32,000 bases of DNA from Candidatus Electrothrix yaqonensis (GTDB lineage Bacteria; Desulfobacterota; Desulfobulbia; Desulfobulbales; Desulfobulbaceae), in the NCBI GenBank assembly GCA_047651235.1, contig CP178758.1:360001-392000 (forward strand), given 5' to 3'. Below are positions 1-8,207 of the stretch, one piece after another (within the stretch, counting starts at the first letter, position 1; each line of letters starts with the position of its first letter). Under the pieces are notes generated by a model, which did no database searches, had not been told where the DNA came from, and saw nothing but the letters and a program-made list of their open reading frames with translations. Both the position numbers and the translations under genes were made by a program.

Positions 1-99
1 TGCTGTCGTCACAAATTAAATAACCTCTTTTTAGGTTGACATGTTCCCGTACTTCAGACCACAGCCGGTCTGTACCCGAAAACAGACGATGCAAAAGAC

Positions 100-1007
100 A
101 TATAATCTACTGATGTTACTCAGCCTGAAGTCGCTGCAGCCCATCAAAAGCTGAACGGACGGCTTTCAGACAGAGCTTGGACTTCAGGGCGAAGTGGTTC
201 ATCTTTGTTCTGATTTTCAGACGCTCCATTTTGAACACCGTGATGATGGAGGAAGAAATATGATTACTCTGCGCATTTACACGACGTGCAGGAGATTTGG
301 CCAATGCCGCGTTCGACTTCAAAGATTTATGGTACACCCCGACGTTCCATCGTTTTTTATAGATTGCCGTGATCGTGTCCCAATCCGCTGTCAGCCGGGT
401 GCAGGCGGGATACAGAATGCCGGTGCTTCCGTCTTTGTTTGTAAAGATCTGCCGGACGAGGAGAACGGGAAATTTCAGTCCGTTCCGCCAGCCGGTAACG
501 GCTTTCCGCTCAGGCCGATCGATCTGATCAGTGCGGGTGAAACGCTTATTTTTATGATCTTCTTCGGTCAGCGCGACGAGCCGGTTGCTTTTCAATGCAC
601 CGATGAACTCCTTCATCTCCAACATGATAAAGACAGTTCAGCATGTTGATTCCTTTGATATTGCGCCCTCTGCAATGGTCGTGATGCCAACAGATGAGTT
701 CGTTTTCATCCATCCACGGTTTTTCTTGAACAGTGTCGTCGAATATCAACACACCGTCTTCGGATTCAACTTCGCGGACGGTCGATTTGACCTGTTTCCA
801 TAAATCCCTGGAACTCCATTCACCATCGGACAGAAAACGAGTGAATTTATCATGGCTTATACTTCCGTCAAGCATGTCGGACAAACCGGTGGCTGTGGCG
901 TATCCGAACGTCACGGCCAGATAATCAGTGTAGAGATCAAGATATTTTGTATTCATGCCTCCAGCATACTATAATTGAGCCGAATGCGTAACATCAGTAA
1001 TTTACAT
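100..1007 (-). mobile_element. Internally deleted IS4/IS701-superfamily insertion sequence (about 0.9 kb)
   Basis: Imperfect 20-bp terminal inverted repeats: 100-119 ATATAATCTACTGATGTTAC versus the reverse complement of 988-1007, ATGTAAATTACTGATGTTAC (17/20, inner 12 perfect). They bracket the two transposase fragments. The element is much shorter than expected for a transposase of this type. Confidence 0.6.
116..956 (-). pseudogene. DDE transposase (IS4-like) split into two frames, with the central catalytic part missing
   Basis: ORF 552-956 has the N-terminus MNTKYLDLYTDYLAVTFGYATATGLS...ISHDKFTRFL...VLIFDDT...CWHHDH...GINMLNCLY. ORF 116-625 has the C-terminus ...ALKSNRLVAL...FTNKDGSTGILY...IYKKRWNVGVYHKSLKSNAALAKSP...NHFALKSKL, which is the YxxRW/HKSLK signature. 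The frames differ. The junction lies near 620-640, where ...NCLY meets NMLEMKEF, so the segment that should carry the second Asp is absent. Confidence 0.7.
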
Positions 1008-1097
1008 TAGACCTCCTGCAAAACTCAGTTTTTCGTTCTTGTCGAATGCGCTATATCGGTAAGCACACTGGGTGCATTTTTTAGATTTGCAGGAAGT

Positions 1098-2486
1098 CTA
1101 TTGCATCTGCAATAGTGTTTCATAAGCTGCTACAAGTCGCTCTGCTTGACGATGCCAGCCAAGTTCATCTAAATCGGATTTAATTTTACCAAGAGGAACT
1201 TTTTTTATCCGCTGCATGCTTTTAGATATCATTTCTGAGTTTACGTCACAAGATATCCCCATTCCATAGGAATCAATATAATTTTTTAAATCTGGAAAGT
1301 TGGAAGCTAAAACAGGGAGACCTGAAAAAACATATTCAAATAGCTTGTTCGGCAGGCAATAATAGTCGCTTAGTGAGACCCTTTCAATAAGACATAAACC
1401 AACGTCTGCACTTTTTGTCAACTGTACTACCTGATCATGTTTTACTGGCGGATGAAGATGGATGTTATTTTTTAGATCGGCCCTCTTTTCAATAACATCA
1501 GACAGATAGCCCTTCCCCATAAACACAACATGAGAATCAACCGAATTACTTGAAAACGCATTAAGGATCAATTCTATTCCTCTGCCCTTTATCAGGTGAC
1601 CGAGATAGATAAAAATTAACGATTCATCAGGAATACCAAAGTGATCACGAAAATATCCGCTCTTTGATTTATCCAAAGAGGATTTTATAATCTCGTTGTC
1701 AACAACTGGAGAATTCAAAACTAAAACATTTTTCTTCTTCCCAAGATGTACCTCGTACCAACGCAATATAGAAGGACTGACCGACACCAAAAGGTCAATA
1801 CTGCGCCAACAAAATTTCTCAACAAGTAAAGTCATCTGGGACTTAAATTTTGTCTGCCCATTTTTATTCGATTCCAACTCATGGGCATCATAAACTAATT
1901 TAGCTCCTGTTGCAAATTTAACGATAAGGCCAATATGAAGTACTACCGTATCATGGCAGTGAACTGCATCAGGAGAAATTTTAACGGATTTCCTTATCAT
2001 CCTGAGCGTTAGTTCCAATAAATTCAAAAAATGCCGAACACCTCTGGGGTTCCATTTGGTTTTATTAGATGCTAATCTGATGGTGTCAACTGCGATATCA
2101 GAATGAGTTTTGCCAGCAAGATTCCTGTATAGCCCAATCGCGTATACCTTGTAGCCACCAGTCTTTCGATGCGCCTCTATTTCTTTAAGAATACGGCTGT
2201 CAGCACGGATGTCTGTATGGCTAAGATGTAAAACTATTTTTTTTACCGGCTCCTTAGAAGCACTCTCCTTCCCGCCATACCTCGACACATCATTTATGTT
2301 ATATTTTTTCTGCACAACACAATCCTCTCTTCTATCTCGAAAAAACAACGAATTTTGGTAGTAGGTCAAAGCTGTGAAGGAAACTGCCGAACGCCTGGAC
2401 GATTTAAATAAACTCGACCGGTCACCGGCTTTGCCCCTCCACCCGAATTTGTTGCGATTGAATTCACATATTTTTTTTCTTCTCAA
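1098..2486 (-). CDS. Glycosyltransferase, GT4 (GT-B, retaining type)
   Basis: The C-terminal half has the GT4 pattern: ...LIFIYLGHLIKGRGIELIL...VVFMGKGY...LPNKLFEYVFSGLPVLASNFP. The core begins around KKIVLHLSHTD. The listed start is a TTG that overlaps the upstream gene by 23 nt, so the true start is uncertain. A GTG in ...NDVSRY... (about 70 codons into the listed ORF) is possible. Confidence 0.75.
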   Translation of the reverse strand: MRRKKICEFNRNKFGWRGKAGDRSSLFKSSRRSAVSFTALTYYQNSLFFRDRREDCVVQKKYNINDVSRYGGKESASKEPVKKIVLHLSHTDIRADSRILKEIEAHRKTGGYKVYAIGLYRNLAGKTHSDIAVDTIRLASNKTKWNPRGVRHFLNLLELTLRMIRKSVKISPDAVHCHDTVVLHIGLIVKFATGAKLVYDAHELESNKNGQTKFKSQMTLLVEKFCWRSIDLLVSVSPSILRWYEVHLGKKKNVLVLNSPVVDNEIIKSSLDKSKSGYFRDHFGIPDESLIFIYLGHLIKGRGIELILNAFSSNSVDSHVVFMGKGYLSDVIEKRADLKNNIHLHPPVKHDQVVQLTKSADVGLCLIERVSLSDYYCLPNKLFEYVFSGLPVLASNFPDLKNYIDSYGMGISCDVNSEMISKSMQRIKKVPLGKIKSDLDELGWHRQAERLVAAYETLLQMQ

Positions 2487-4299
2487 ATAGCTTTGGAATT
2501 TGATTAATCACTCTGATTGCATCAGCAAAGTTAATATCTACCGCCTGCAAATACCATTTTATACTTTCATAGCGTGGCTTATTCTCCTCTTCAACAAGCT
2601 CAAGAGCCTTATTACGAGAAATAACACCTTCCCTGATTTGATTACTTCTGAACGTATCATGCTCTGTAAAACCAGCAACTGTATAATAAATATAGTTATA
2701 AAATGCTGCTGTAGCATCGCCAATTCGCCAACTGGTCTTCGTATCCTCGGCCCACTCCCAATTATATTGCGCTAATGCTTGATCAATTTTCTGTTCATTC
2801 CACCCCCAGAAATCAAAAATATGAAAATAATCCTTTTTTTTATGCAAACTGCGCCAATATTCGCCCGAAAGGGTATCAAGTAATGAACTATTAAAATATC
2901 CAAGGTTTCTAAACATCTGAAACAACCTTTTTGACTGATAATTCAGTTGAGCCATCCCTCCATTATTATATACATACTTCCCTTCAAACGCAGGAGGAAT
3001 ACCGAGAAATCCTGTCTTGAAATGGGTAACCTCAAGTGGATTTACGCCCCAAAGATTAAGACTGATTCCTGTTTGTCTTTTAACAGTTTCAACATGTCTA
3101 AAAAAATGCTTATCTCCAGCGGTCAATAAACTGATCATTCCGAGATGAGGACGTTTTAACCAAGCTGCGAGATTCTTGTGTATATTTTGTCTTTTAATTT
3201 CAATATCAGCTGCAATAATAATATTTTCCACGCCAAGTGCGGCGCACATTCTGCTGATATTTCTTCTGCCAAGGTCTGTAACCATACCCCAATCGTAAGT
3301 ATATGCTATTGGATTCATACCTAATTCTTGGACAATCAAATGCAATCCATAGGAACTGTCCCTGCCGCCGGAAAATGGCACGATACAATCAGCTTTTCCG
3401 TTCCGTCGATACGGGGCAACAAGATCATTTAACATTTTTAAAGGTTTAGGCTGGTTTCTCGTCGTGTAGTTATGGCAATAATTGCATATCCCATCCTCAT
3501 CAAATCTTATAAAAGGCATAGTTTCAGGCAGGATACAACGGCTGCACCTTTTCAGATTCGGCATGGGAAACTCAAGCATCTGCTCTTCGGCTACATCCAA
3601 AACCGCTTTAGGCAGAAGATTCGGCCTGTGCTTAATGGCAACAGAAGACTGCTCAATCTCGCCTGTATAATTTGGGATCTTTAATTCAAGAGCCTTTTTA
3701 ACCTGAGTAACATTATCACAACCAATCTCACTAAGCGGCCATGATTCAGATGAGAAAAATAAATCTTCTCTTTTCGTTCCGGTGTATAAACTGCCGTTGT
3801 TAGAAAACAAAAAGAGGCTGCCATCTATAGGTACAAATACCGCCGCAGAAACTACCCCGTCACACTTTGTGAATAAAATATCAGCCACAGAATCTAAAGA
3901 GGTTTCTTTCTTCCTTTCTTCCCTTACGATTACTGGAATTATTTCGGTATCAATGGTTAATTGACGAACAGCATCTATATCTCCCCAAATCTCGTCAGTG
4001 TTGCAAATAATTCCATTATGAACAGTAATGATGCCATCTCTTATAACAGGCTGGTTGTCTCCAATACCGTTTGTGGCTAAACGACTATGACCAGCGATGA
4101 GCTTGGCCCCTTTAACTTTTGATTTAGATAAGAGGCGAGTTACAGGCAAATCGCCTCTTATTACTTTATATCGGTCATCTTTGAATAAAAGTAATCCTGA
4201 TGAATCACGCCCACGCTGTTCAGCGTATTTAGCTAACAAACTAATTTCATCTGTTCTTTTCTGGTAACCAGATACCAAGACACCAAATATCCCGCACAT
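2464..4299 (-). CDS. Fusion protein: N-terminal class-II (Ntn) glutamine amidotransferase domain plus a PP-loop N-acetyl-sugar amidotransferase (WbpG/WbuX/PseA-like)
   Basis: It starts MCGIFGV, with the catalytic Cys2 of Ntn glutaminases, followed by ...GHSRLATNG...VHNGII. The second half has a Cys-rich knuckle (CSRCILPETMPF...DGICNYCHNY) and the PP-loop IVPFSGGRDSSY. It is 611 aa with an ATG start. Confidence 0.75.
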   Translation of the reverse strand: MCGIFGVLVSGYQKRTDEISLLAKYAEQRGRDSSGLLLFKDDRYKVIRGDLPVTRLLSKSKVKGAKLIAGHSRLATNGIGDNQPVIRDGIITVHNGIICNTDEIWGDIDAVRQLTIDTEIIPVIVREERKKETSLDSVADILFTKCDGVVSAAVFVPIDGSLFLFSNNGSLYTGTKREDLFFSSESWPLSEIGCDNVTQVKKALELKIPNYTGEIEQSSVAIKHRPNLLPKAVLDVAEEQMLEFPMPNLKRCSRCILPETMPFIRFDEDGICNYCHNYTTRNQPKPLKMLNDLVAPYRRNGKADCIVPFSGGRDSSYGLHLIVQELGMNPIAYTYDWGMVTDLGRRNISRMCAALGVENIIIAADIEIKRQNIHKNLAAWLKRPHLGMISLLTAGDKHFFRHVETVKRQTGISLNLWGVNPLEVTHFKTGFLGIPPAFEGKYVYNNGGMAQLNYQSKRLFQMFRNLGYFNSSLLDTLSGEYWRSLHKKKDYFHIFDFWGWNEQKIDQALAQYNWEWAEDTKTSWRIGDATAAFYNYIYYTVAGFTEHDTFRSNQIREGVISRNKALELVEEENKPRYESIKWYLQAVDINFADAIRVINQIPKLFEKKKNM

Positions 4300-4385
4300 A
4301 CTATTTTATCCTGTTCCGACAGTTAGAGGAATTAACGCACTATGTATTTTTTAAAGGAAATCCAGTTGAATGATATCTCTTCAAC

Positions 4386-4659
4386 CTACTGTACAGTGAT
4401 CTGATAATTATATTGCAATTCGCCATGTGTCTCTACAAGATACGCAGCTGCAATTATTGATGATGGTTCTGATGACCAGTGCTTGCTGTGATAACGATAC
4501 AGTATTTCTCTCACCTCAGGAGCAACATATCCCAAATATCCCATTGCTTGGGAATATTTGAAATTATCCTCTGTGCCATCAACCCTCATTGTGAATCTTC
4601 TTTCTTTTCCGGCGTATACCTTCAGTGTCTCAACAAAACGATGCATATTCTCCTCTGTA
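4386..4659 (-). pseudogene. 3' fragment (fragment C) of a gene split by two IS insertions; function unknown
   Basis: ORF 4386-4646 begins MHRFVETLKVYAGKE. The frame stays open up to the IS982-like boundary at 4659. It joins fragment B in frame once that IS and one GTA duplication are removed (...AGIVFT-EENMHRFVETL...). Confidence 0.7.
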
Positions 4660-5395
4660 AATGCGAATTAGGAGTTGAAAACCGGTGTCAGCCTCAGCAT
4701 TGCGGCGGCCAGTTTTCCGTAGACATGAACAAGGAATCCCCGTATTTTACCGGCGTGTTCAGGGGAGAATTCTGTTCTGTAAGCATAAATGCCAATGTTT
4801 CGCTGATATAAGCCTCGTCCGTATAAACGGGAGTATCGTACAGATCACCGGCTGTTTCCTTCAGCACGCTGATATCAGCCTCGTCTGCGGGTGTGATTCC
4901 GATATAATCAATCGGGCAGAGGAAGTCTCCGGTTCCTCCGGAAGACGACAACATGGAGCTTTATGCCGTAACAATATGTTTCCTTTGCTGAATTATATCC
5001 TTCGGCGGCGATTTTCCGGGCAGCTTTCGCGCTGCCGCTGTGGAGTCGATCAGCCGGATAAACTCCGGTCCGGGCAGCGGAGGAGAATCACTCCGTATCC
5101 GGGGCAGCAGCTGAAGAAAGACGGAACCGAGCCTGTTCAGCCGCTGAATATACGTCGCATAGGCAGGAAGCTCCGGAAACCATTCCGAAAGATGATTCCG
5201 GACGTATTCATGAGCGGTCTTCACTTTTCTGTGTCCGTTCATAATTTTCCACAGATTTGTTTATATACAAAAACAGTACTATAAGTTGTTCCTGCCAATC
5301 CATCTTTTTCTCCTGCGGTTAATGTAGGTAAAGGTGGTGCTTCACCGGCCTGTTCTACAGGAATGATGGATTGGCTTTAACTCCTAATTCGCATT
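4660..5395 (-). mobile_element. Decayed IS982-like insertion sequence (736 bp) with intact termini
   Basis: Perfect 17-bp inverted repeats: 4660-4676 AATGCGAATTAGGAGTT and 5379-5395 AACTCCTAATTCGCATT. A direct GTA sits on both flanks (4657-4659 and 5396-5398). Confidence 0.65.
4694..5303 (-). pseudogene. IS982-family-like transposase remnant with a frameshift, an in-frame TAA and a C-terminal deletion
   Basis: An AGGAG plus ATG at 5303 gives MDWQEQLIVLFLYINKSVENY in one frame. ORF 4961-5242 follows (...HLSEWFPELPAYATYIQRLNRL...LIDSTAAARK). After a TAA at 4961-4963, the same frame continues as ORF 4694-4954 (...IDYIGITPADEADISVL...DLYDTPVYTDEAYISETL...LNTPVK). The order of motifs matches IS982-type enzymes. 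About 80 C-terminal codons are missing before the IR. Confidence 0.55.
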
Positions 5396-5628
5396 GTAAA
5401 AACTATGCCCGCCCGAAAACACACAAAGGCAAAATCCACGTTGATTGCGGCATGGGAAATATCTTCCGCCCGGTCTTTGCTGTCTGGATGGTAAGGCCAT
5501 ATATATTGAGTTCCTCGTCTTTGAAGACAATTTTTGAAAAAAAAGGCCAGTTTCTCGGCATGCCTTCTGTACTCATCCTTACCGGTAACCAGCCAAAGTG
5601 TCACCAACGTTCGTCCTATTGCATTCTG
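5377..5628 (-). pseudogene. Middle fragment (fragment B) of the split gene
   Basis: The frame of ORF 5377-5607 is open from the IS1 boundary at 5628: QNAIGRTLVTLWLVTGKDEYRRHAEKLAFFFKNCL...WPYHPDSKDRAEDISHAAINVDFAFVCFRAGIVFT. The last 5 codons plus the stop (MRIRS*) are read from the IS982-like IR. Confidence 0.7.
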
Positions 5629-5654
5629 GGTAGTCCTGCACTGAGATGATGATT

Positions 5655-6119
5655 TCAGCTCAGTGCCAATGATGCATTATAATGATGAATGAAATTCCAG
5701 ATCGCCCCGATATGATTTTCGATCTTTTTTGAAAAAGACAATGTGTCTCTGACAAGGCGTAAAACTATTTGCCGCATCGTATTGTTAAAGCGTTCAATGT
5801 GGTTAGTGAGCCCAGTTTCCTTCCCTAAAGCTTTATGCCGCCTGACCGGAATAACCGTTTTATATGCATCCCAAAAATCTGTATAACAAACAGCGCACTG
5901 TCGATAAATCGGAGGCAGGGTATTCCATAGCGACTGTGCTCCCGCCCGGCTTCTGTCACCGACGTGAACACCAGTAATTTCGCGAGTATCCCGGTCAATT
6001 GCCAACCAGATCCACTGCTTATCTTTTTTATTTCTGACAAACGACCACATCTCGTCACACTCGACGGTGAGACGGCCTTTTTCTTTCGGAAGAACGGTCA
6101 ATTTTTTAGGAATATTCTC
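5655..6119 (-). CDS. IS1-family transposase, DDE catalytic part (InsB-like), in the same frame as the InsA-like part
   Basis: ENIPKK-LTVLPKEKGRLTVECDEMWSFV...QWIWLAIDRDTREI...YTDFWDAYK...TNHIERFNNTMRQ. The ORF track starts it at TTG 6101. The frame is continuous with 6120-6368 apart from the single TAG. Confidence 0.85.
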   Translation of the reverse strand, partial: ENIPKKLTVLPKEKGRLTVECDEMWSFVRNKKDKQWIWLAIDRDTREITGVHVGDRSRAGAQSLWNTLPPIYRQCAVCYTDFWDAYKTVIPVRRHKALGKETGLTNHIERFNNTMRQIVLRLVRDTLSFSKKIENHIGAIWNFIHHYNASLALS

Positions 6120-6368
6120 CTATTTATCATTAACATAATATTGCATCCACCGTCCGGAAACCTGTGCAGCGCGGGTTATTCCGGCCAAGGGTATTTTTTC
6201 CAGCAAAAGTCGGTCAACCAGAGCTCTTGTTTCTTCTGCAATGCGGTAGTGGCATAATGGATTTTCAACAAATTGACGTTCGCATAACAGGCATATATTA
6301 TTCTGTTTTCCATTCTTTCTTACGCCGTTTTTGACAGTATGCACCGAGTCGCATCGGGGGCAGATCAT
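6120..6368 (-). CDS. IS1-family transposase, N-terminal zinc-finger/HTH part (InsA-like)
   Basis: MICPRCDSVHTVKNG...GKQNNICLLCERQFV...LLLEKIPLAGITRAAQVSGRWMQYYVNDK. It ends at a TAG at 6120-6122. Confidence 0.85.
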   Translation of the reverse strand: MICPRCDSVHTVKNGVRKNGKQNNICLLCERQFVENPLCHYRIAEETRALVDRLLLEKIPLAGITRAAQVSGRWMQYYVNDK

Positions 6369-6443
6369 AAAACTCTCCTGATTGTTGTTTTTGAGACAAC
6401 ATATCAGGTATCGATCATCATCTCAATGCAGGACTACCGAATT

Positions 6444-6962
6444 CTACATGTTAAACGGCAGTTTTCTATCTATATAATCACCATAGAACCAGCCTTCATC
6501 CTTGGCAGAGTTTTCCCGCCACGCATAGCGGAAGGCACGAACCGTCTCTTCTACAGCAGCAATATACTCATCAGCTGTTGTACCATACTGTTTCCTCAAT
6601 TTGGGATCTCGCCTGATCAAATAGGCACAACGGGCGATCGGATAAGTGATCATTCCCGCATGAACAATCCATGCGTAGGGTTTCCCGCCGGTGTACTTTG
6701 TCGAACTCCACGCCGGAAGAACACGTCCCCGAACCGCATCCTGAATCTTTCTTGTATCATCTCGGATTTTCAGCACTTCATTTATACGATCCATTACTGC
6801 GTTGAGGTAGTTGATATTACCGGTTCCCTCAAACATGGCAACATATGCCATAAGCCTGTAGCTCTCCTGCCAAGCCAGCCCCGCGCCGTCTTGTTCAGCA
6901 ATCCATTCGGAAGGAGGGAGGTCAACTTCAAACTGATTAAAGGCTGATATACTTCCGCGCAA
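6444..6962 (-). pseudogene. 5' fragment (fragment A) of the split gene; possibly an alpha-helical-repeat polysaccharide-active enzyme
   Basis: 172 codons (...AWQESYRLMAYVAMFEGTGNINYLN...KPYAWIVHAGMITYPIARCAYLI...DRKLPFNM). It ends at a TAG lying inside the right-hand copy of the IS1 target duplication. The start is only a TTG, with no ATG upstream in frame. The functional guess is weak. Confidence 0.6.
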
Positions 6963-7097
6963 GATAAACTTTTTATCAAATTGGCTCGCTGTAAAAGCAA
7001 TGCCGGATAAAATTATCCCCTGTATAAATTATGGCTACAATGATATACATCTGCCTATTCCTTCGTATATTTATTCCGAGTTCGTAATTTAGATACA

Positions 7098-8207
7098 CTA
7101 ATTGCCGGAAGTACTTTCAACACTATCCCAGTAGGAAACGCTAATAAGTATAATTAACAAATAATTAAGTCCAAAATGAGACGGAGCCAACCCATTATAA
7201 TAAAAAACACTCATTAGCCCTCCTGTCAATCCCGGCAACCACTCCTTTTTTACTCGGATTATAATTCTGGATAAAGCTATGAGCATAATTACCGGACATG
7301 CTATTGACATTTTCAATGCTAATTCTAAAAGACCAAAATGTATATGTACTGACTTCATCTCTCTAAATTGCTCAAAAGAGACTCCTCCAGCAGAACCGAT
7401 GCCTTCTCCTATAAGATTACTCTCCAATAGTCTTTCATATCCGTCGATGAGAGCCGTATCACGGCCTCCCAGTCCACGTCTGCTGACTGTTTTGATGTAA
7501 ACGTCAGCAAGATCCGGATATCTATAATAATAATCAATGCCAATAAAGAAAAAAAATGACATGAGTACATATGCAGTTATGATAAGTTTTCGAATTATAC
7601 CTTGATCTATCTTTAAATAAACAGTAACCATAACCAGTAATGCTGTAATTACACTCACCGAGGTGCCGCGGCTGATAAAAAGAAAATAAGAAATCATCCC
7701 GACCAGTGAATAAGATAAAAAAATATTTTTAAATCTGCTCAAAGCAACTAAATAAAATAATGTCATTGGAATCCAATTGACGTTACTGTATAATTGTCTA
7801 TTTCCAGAGAGGTATACAGAAAAACCGTATATTATGGTTATACTTCCCCATAAGTAAACAAAAAGGATATAGTCATCTTTTGTTTTATAAGTTTTAGTGG
7901 ATAAAAAAAGCAGTATATATCCAATAAAAACAAACATATAAAATGCAATTCTATGTTTATGAAATGAATCACTCGCATATACGAAAGATACAAAAGAAAA
8001 AAAGGATATTCCATAGATTGCAAGTACTGCTTTATAATTTATAGTTTTAAATTTATTTAAAACGAATGGAAATATCAGAAAAAACAATACAACCACATTC
8101 AGATATAACTGATTAATCTGCTGTTCTGTCTGGTAAAAAAAATTATTAATTAATATAATCAATATAAGGGTTTTACCCCAAAGATTTTCAGTACATTTAG
8201 ATTTCAT
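7098..8207 (-). CDS. wzy: Wzy-type O-antigen/EPS polymerase (O-antigen-ligase-like membrane protein)
   Basis: 369 aa that are almost entirely hydrophobic helices. One larger loop (...VSRRGLGGRDTALIDGYERLLESNLIGEGIGSAGG...) is typical of Wzy_C/O-antigen-ligase-domain proteins. Its ATG shares one nucleotide with the upstream stop (TGATG). Confidence 0.6.
   Translation of the reverse strand: MKSKCTENLWGKTLILIILINNFFYQTEQQINQLYLNVVVLFFLIFPFVLNKFKTINYKAVLAIYGISFFSFVSFVYASDSFHKHRIAFYMFVFIGYILLFLSTKTYKTKDDYILFVYLWGSITIIYGFSVYLSGNRQLYSNVNWIPMTLFYLVALSRFKNIFLSYSLVGMISYFLFISRGTSVSVITALLVMVTVYLKIDQGIIRKLIITAYVLMSFFFFIGIDYYYRYPDLADVYIKTVSRRGLGGRDTALIDGYERLLESNLIGEGIGSAGGVSFEQFREMKSVHIHFGLLELALKMSIACPVIMLIALSRIIIRVKKEWLPGLTGGLMSVFYYNGLAPSHFGLNYLLIILISVSYWDSVESTSGN

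Larger units (their letters stand above)
5629..6438 (-). mobile_element. IS1-family insertion sequence (810 bp)
   Basis: 25-bp terminal inverted repeats: 5629-5653 GGTAGTCCTGCACTGAGATGATGAT versus the reverse complement of 6414-6438, GGTAGTCCTGCATTGAGATGATGAT (24/25). The flanking 8-mers are GCATTCTG (5621-5628) and GAATTCTA (6439-6446), matching 6/8, consistent with a decayed 8-bp target duplication. Confidence 0.85.

Noticed and set aside
4685-5284. A 199-aa plus-strand ORF inside the IS982-like element, and a 202-aa ORF at 6339-6947
   Set aside because: Both are antisense to sequences with recognisable transposase or enzyme similarity on the minus strand. Both are Arg/Cys-rich and motif-free.
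6102-6110. An A6 run (CCTAAAAAATTG on the minus strand) resembling the IS1 A6C slippery site
   Set aside because: The InsA-like and InsB-like parts are already in the same frame, and the run lies downstream of the TAG. A -1 shift here would break the fusion rather than create it.
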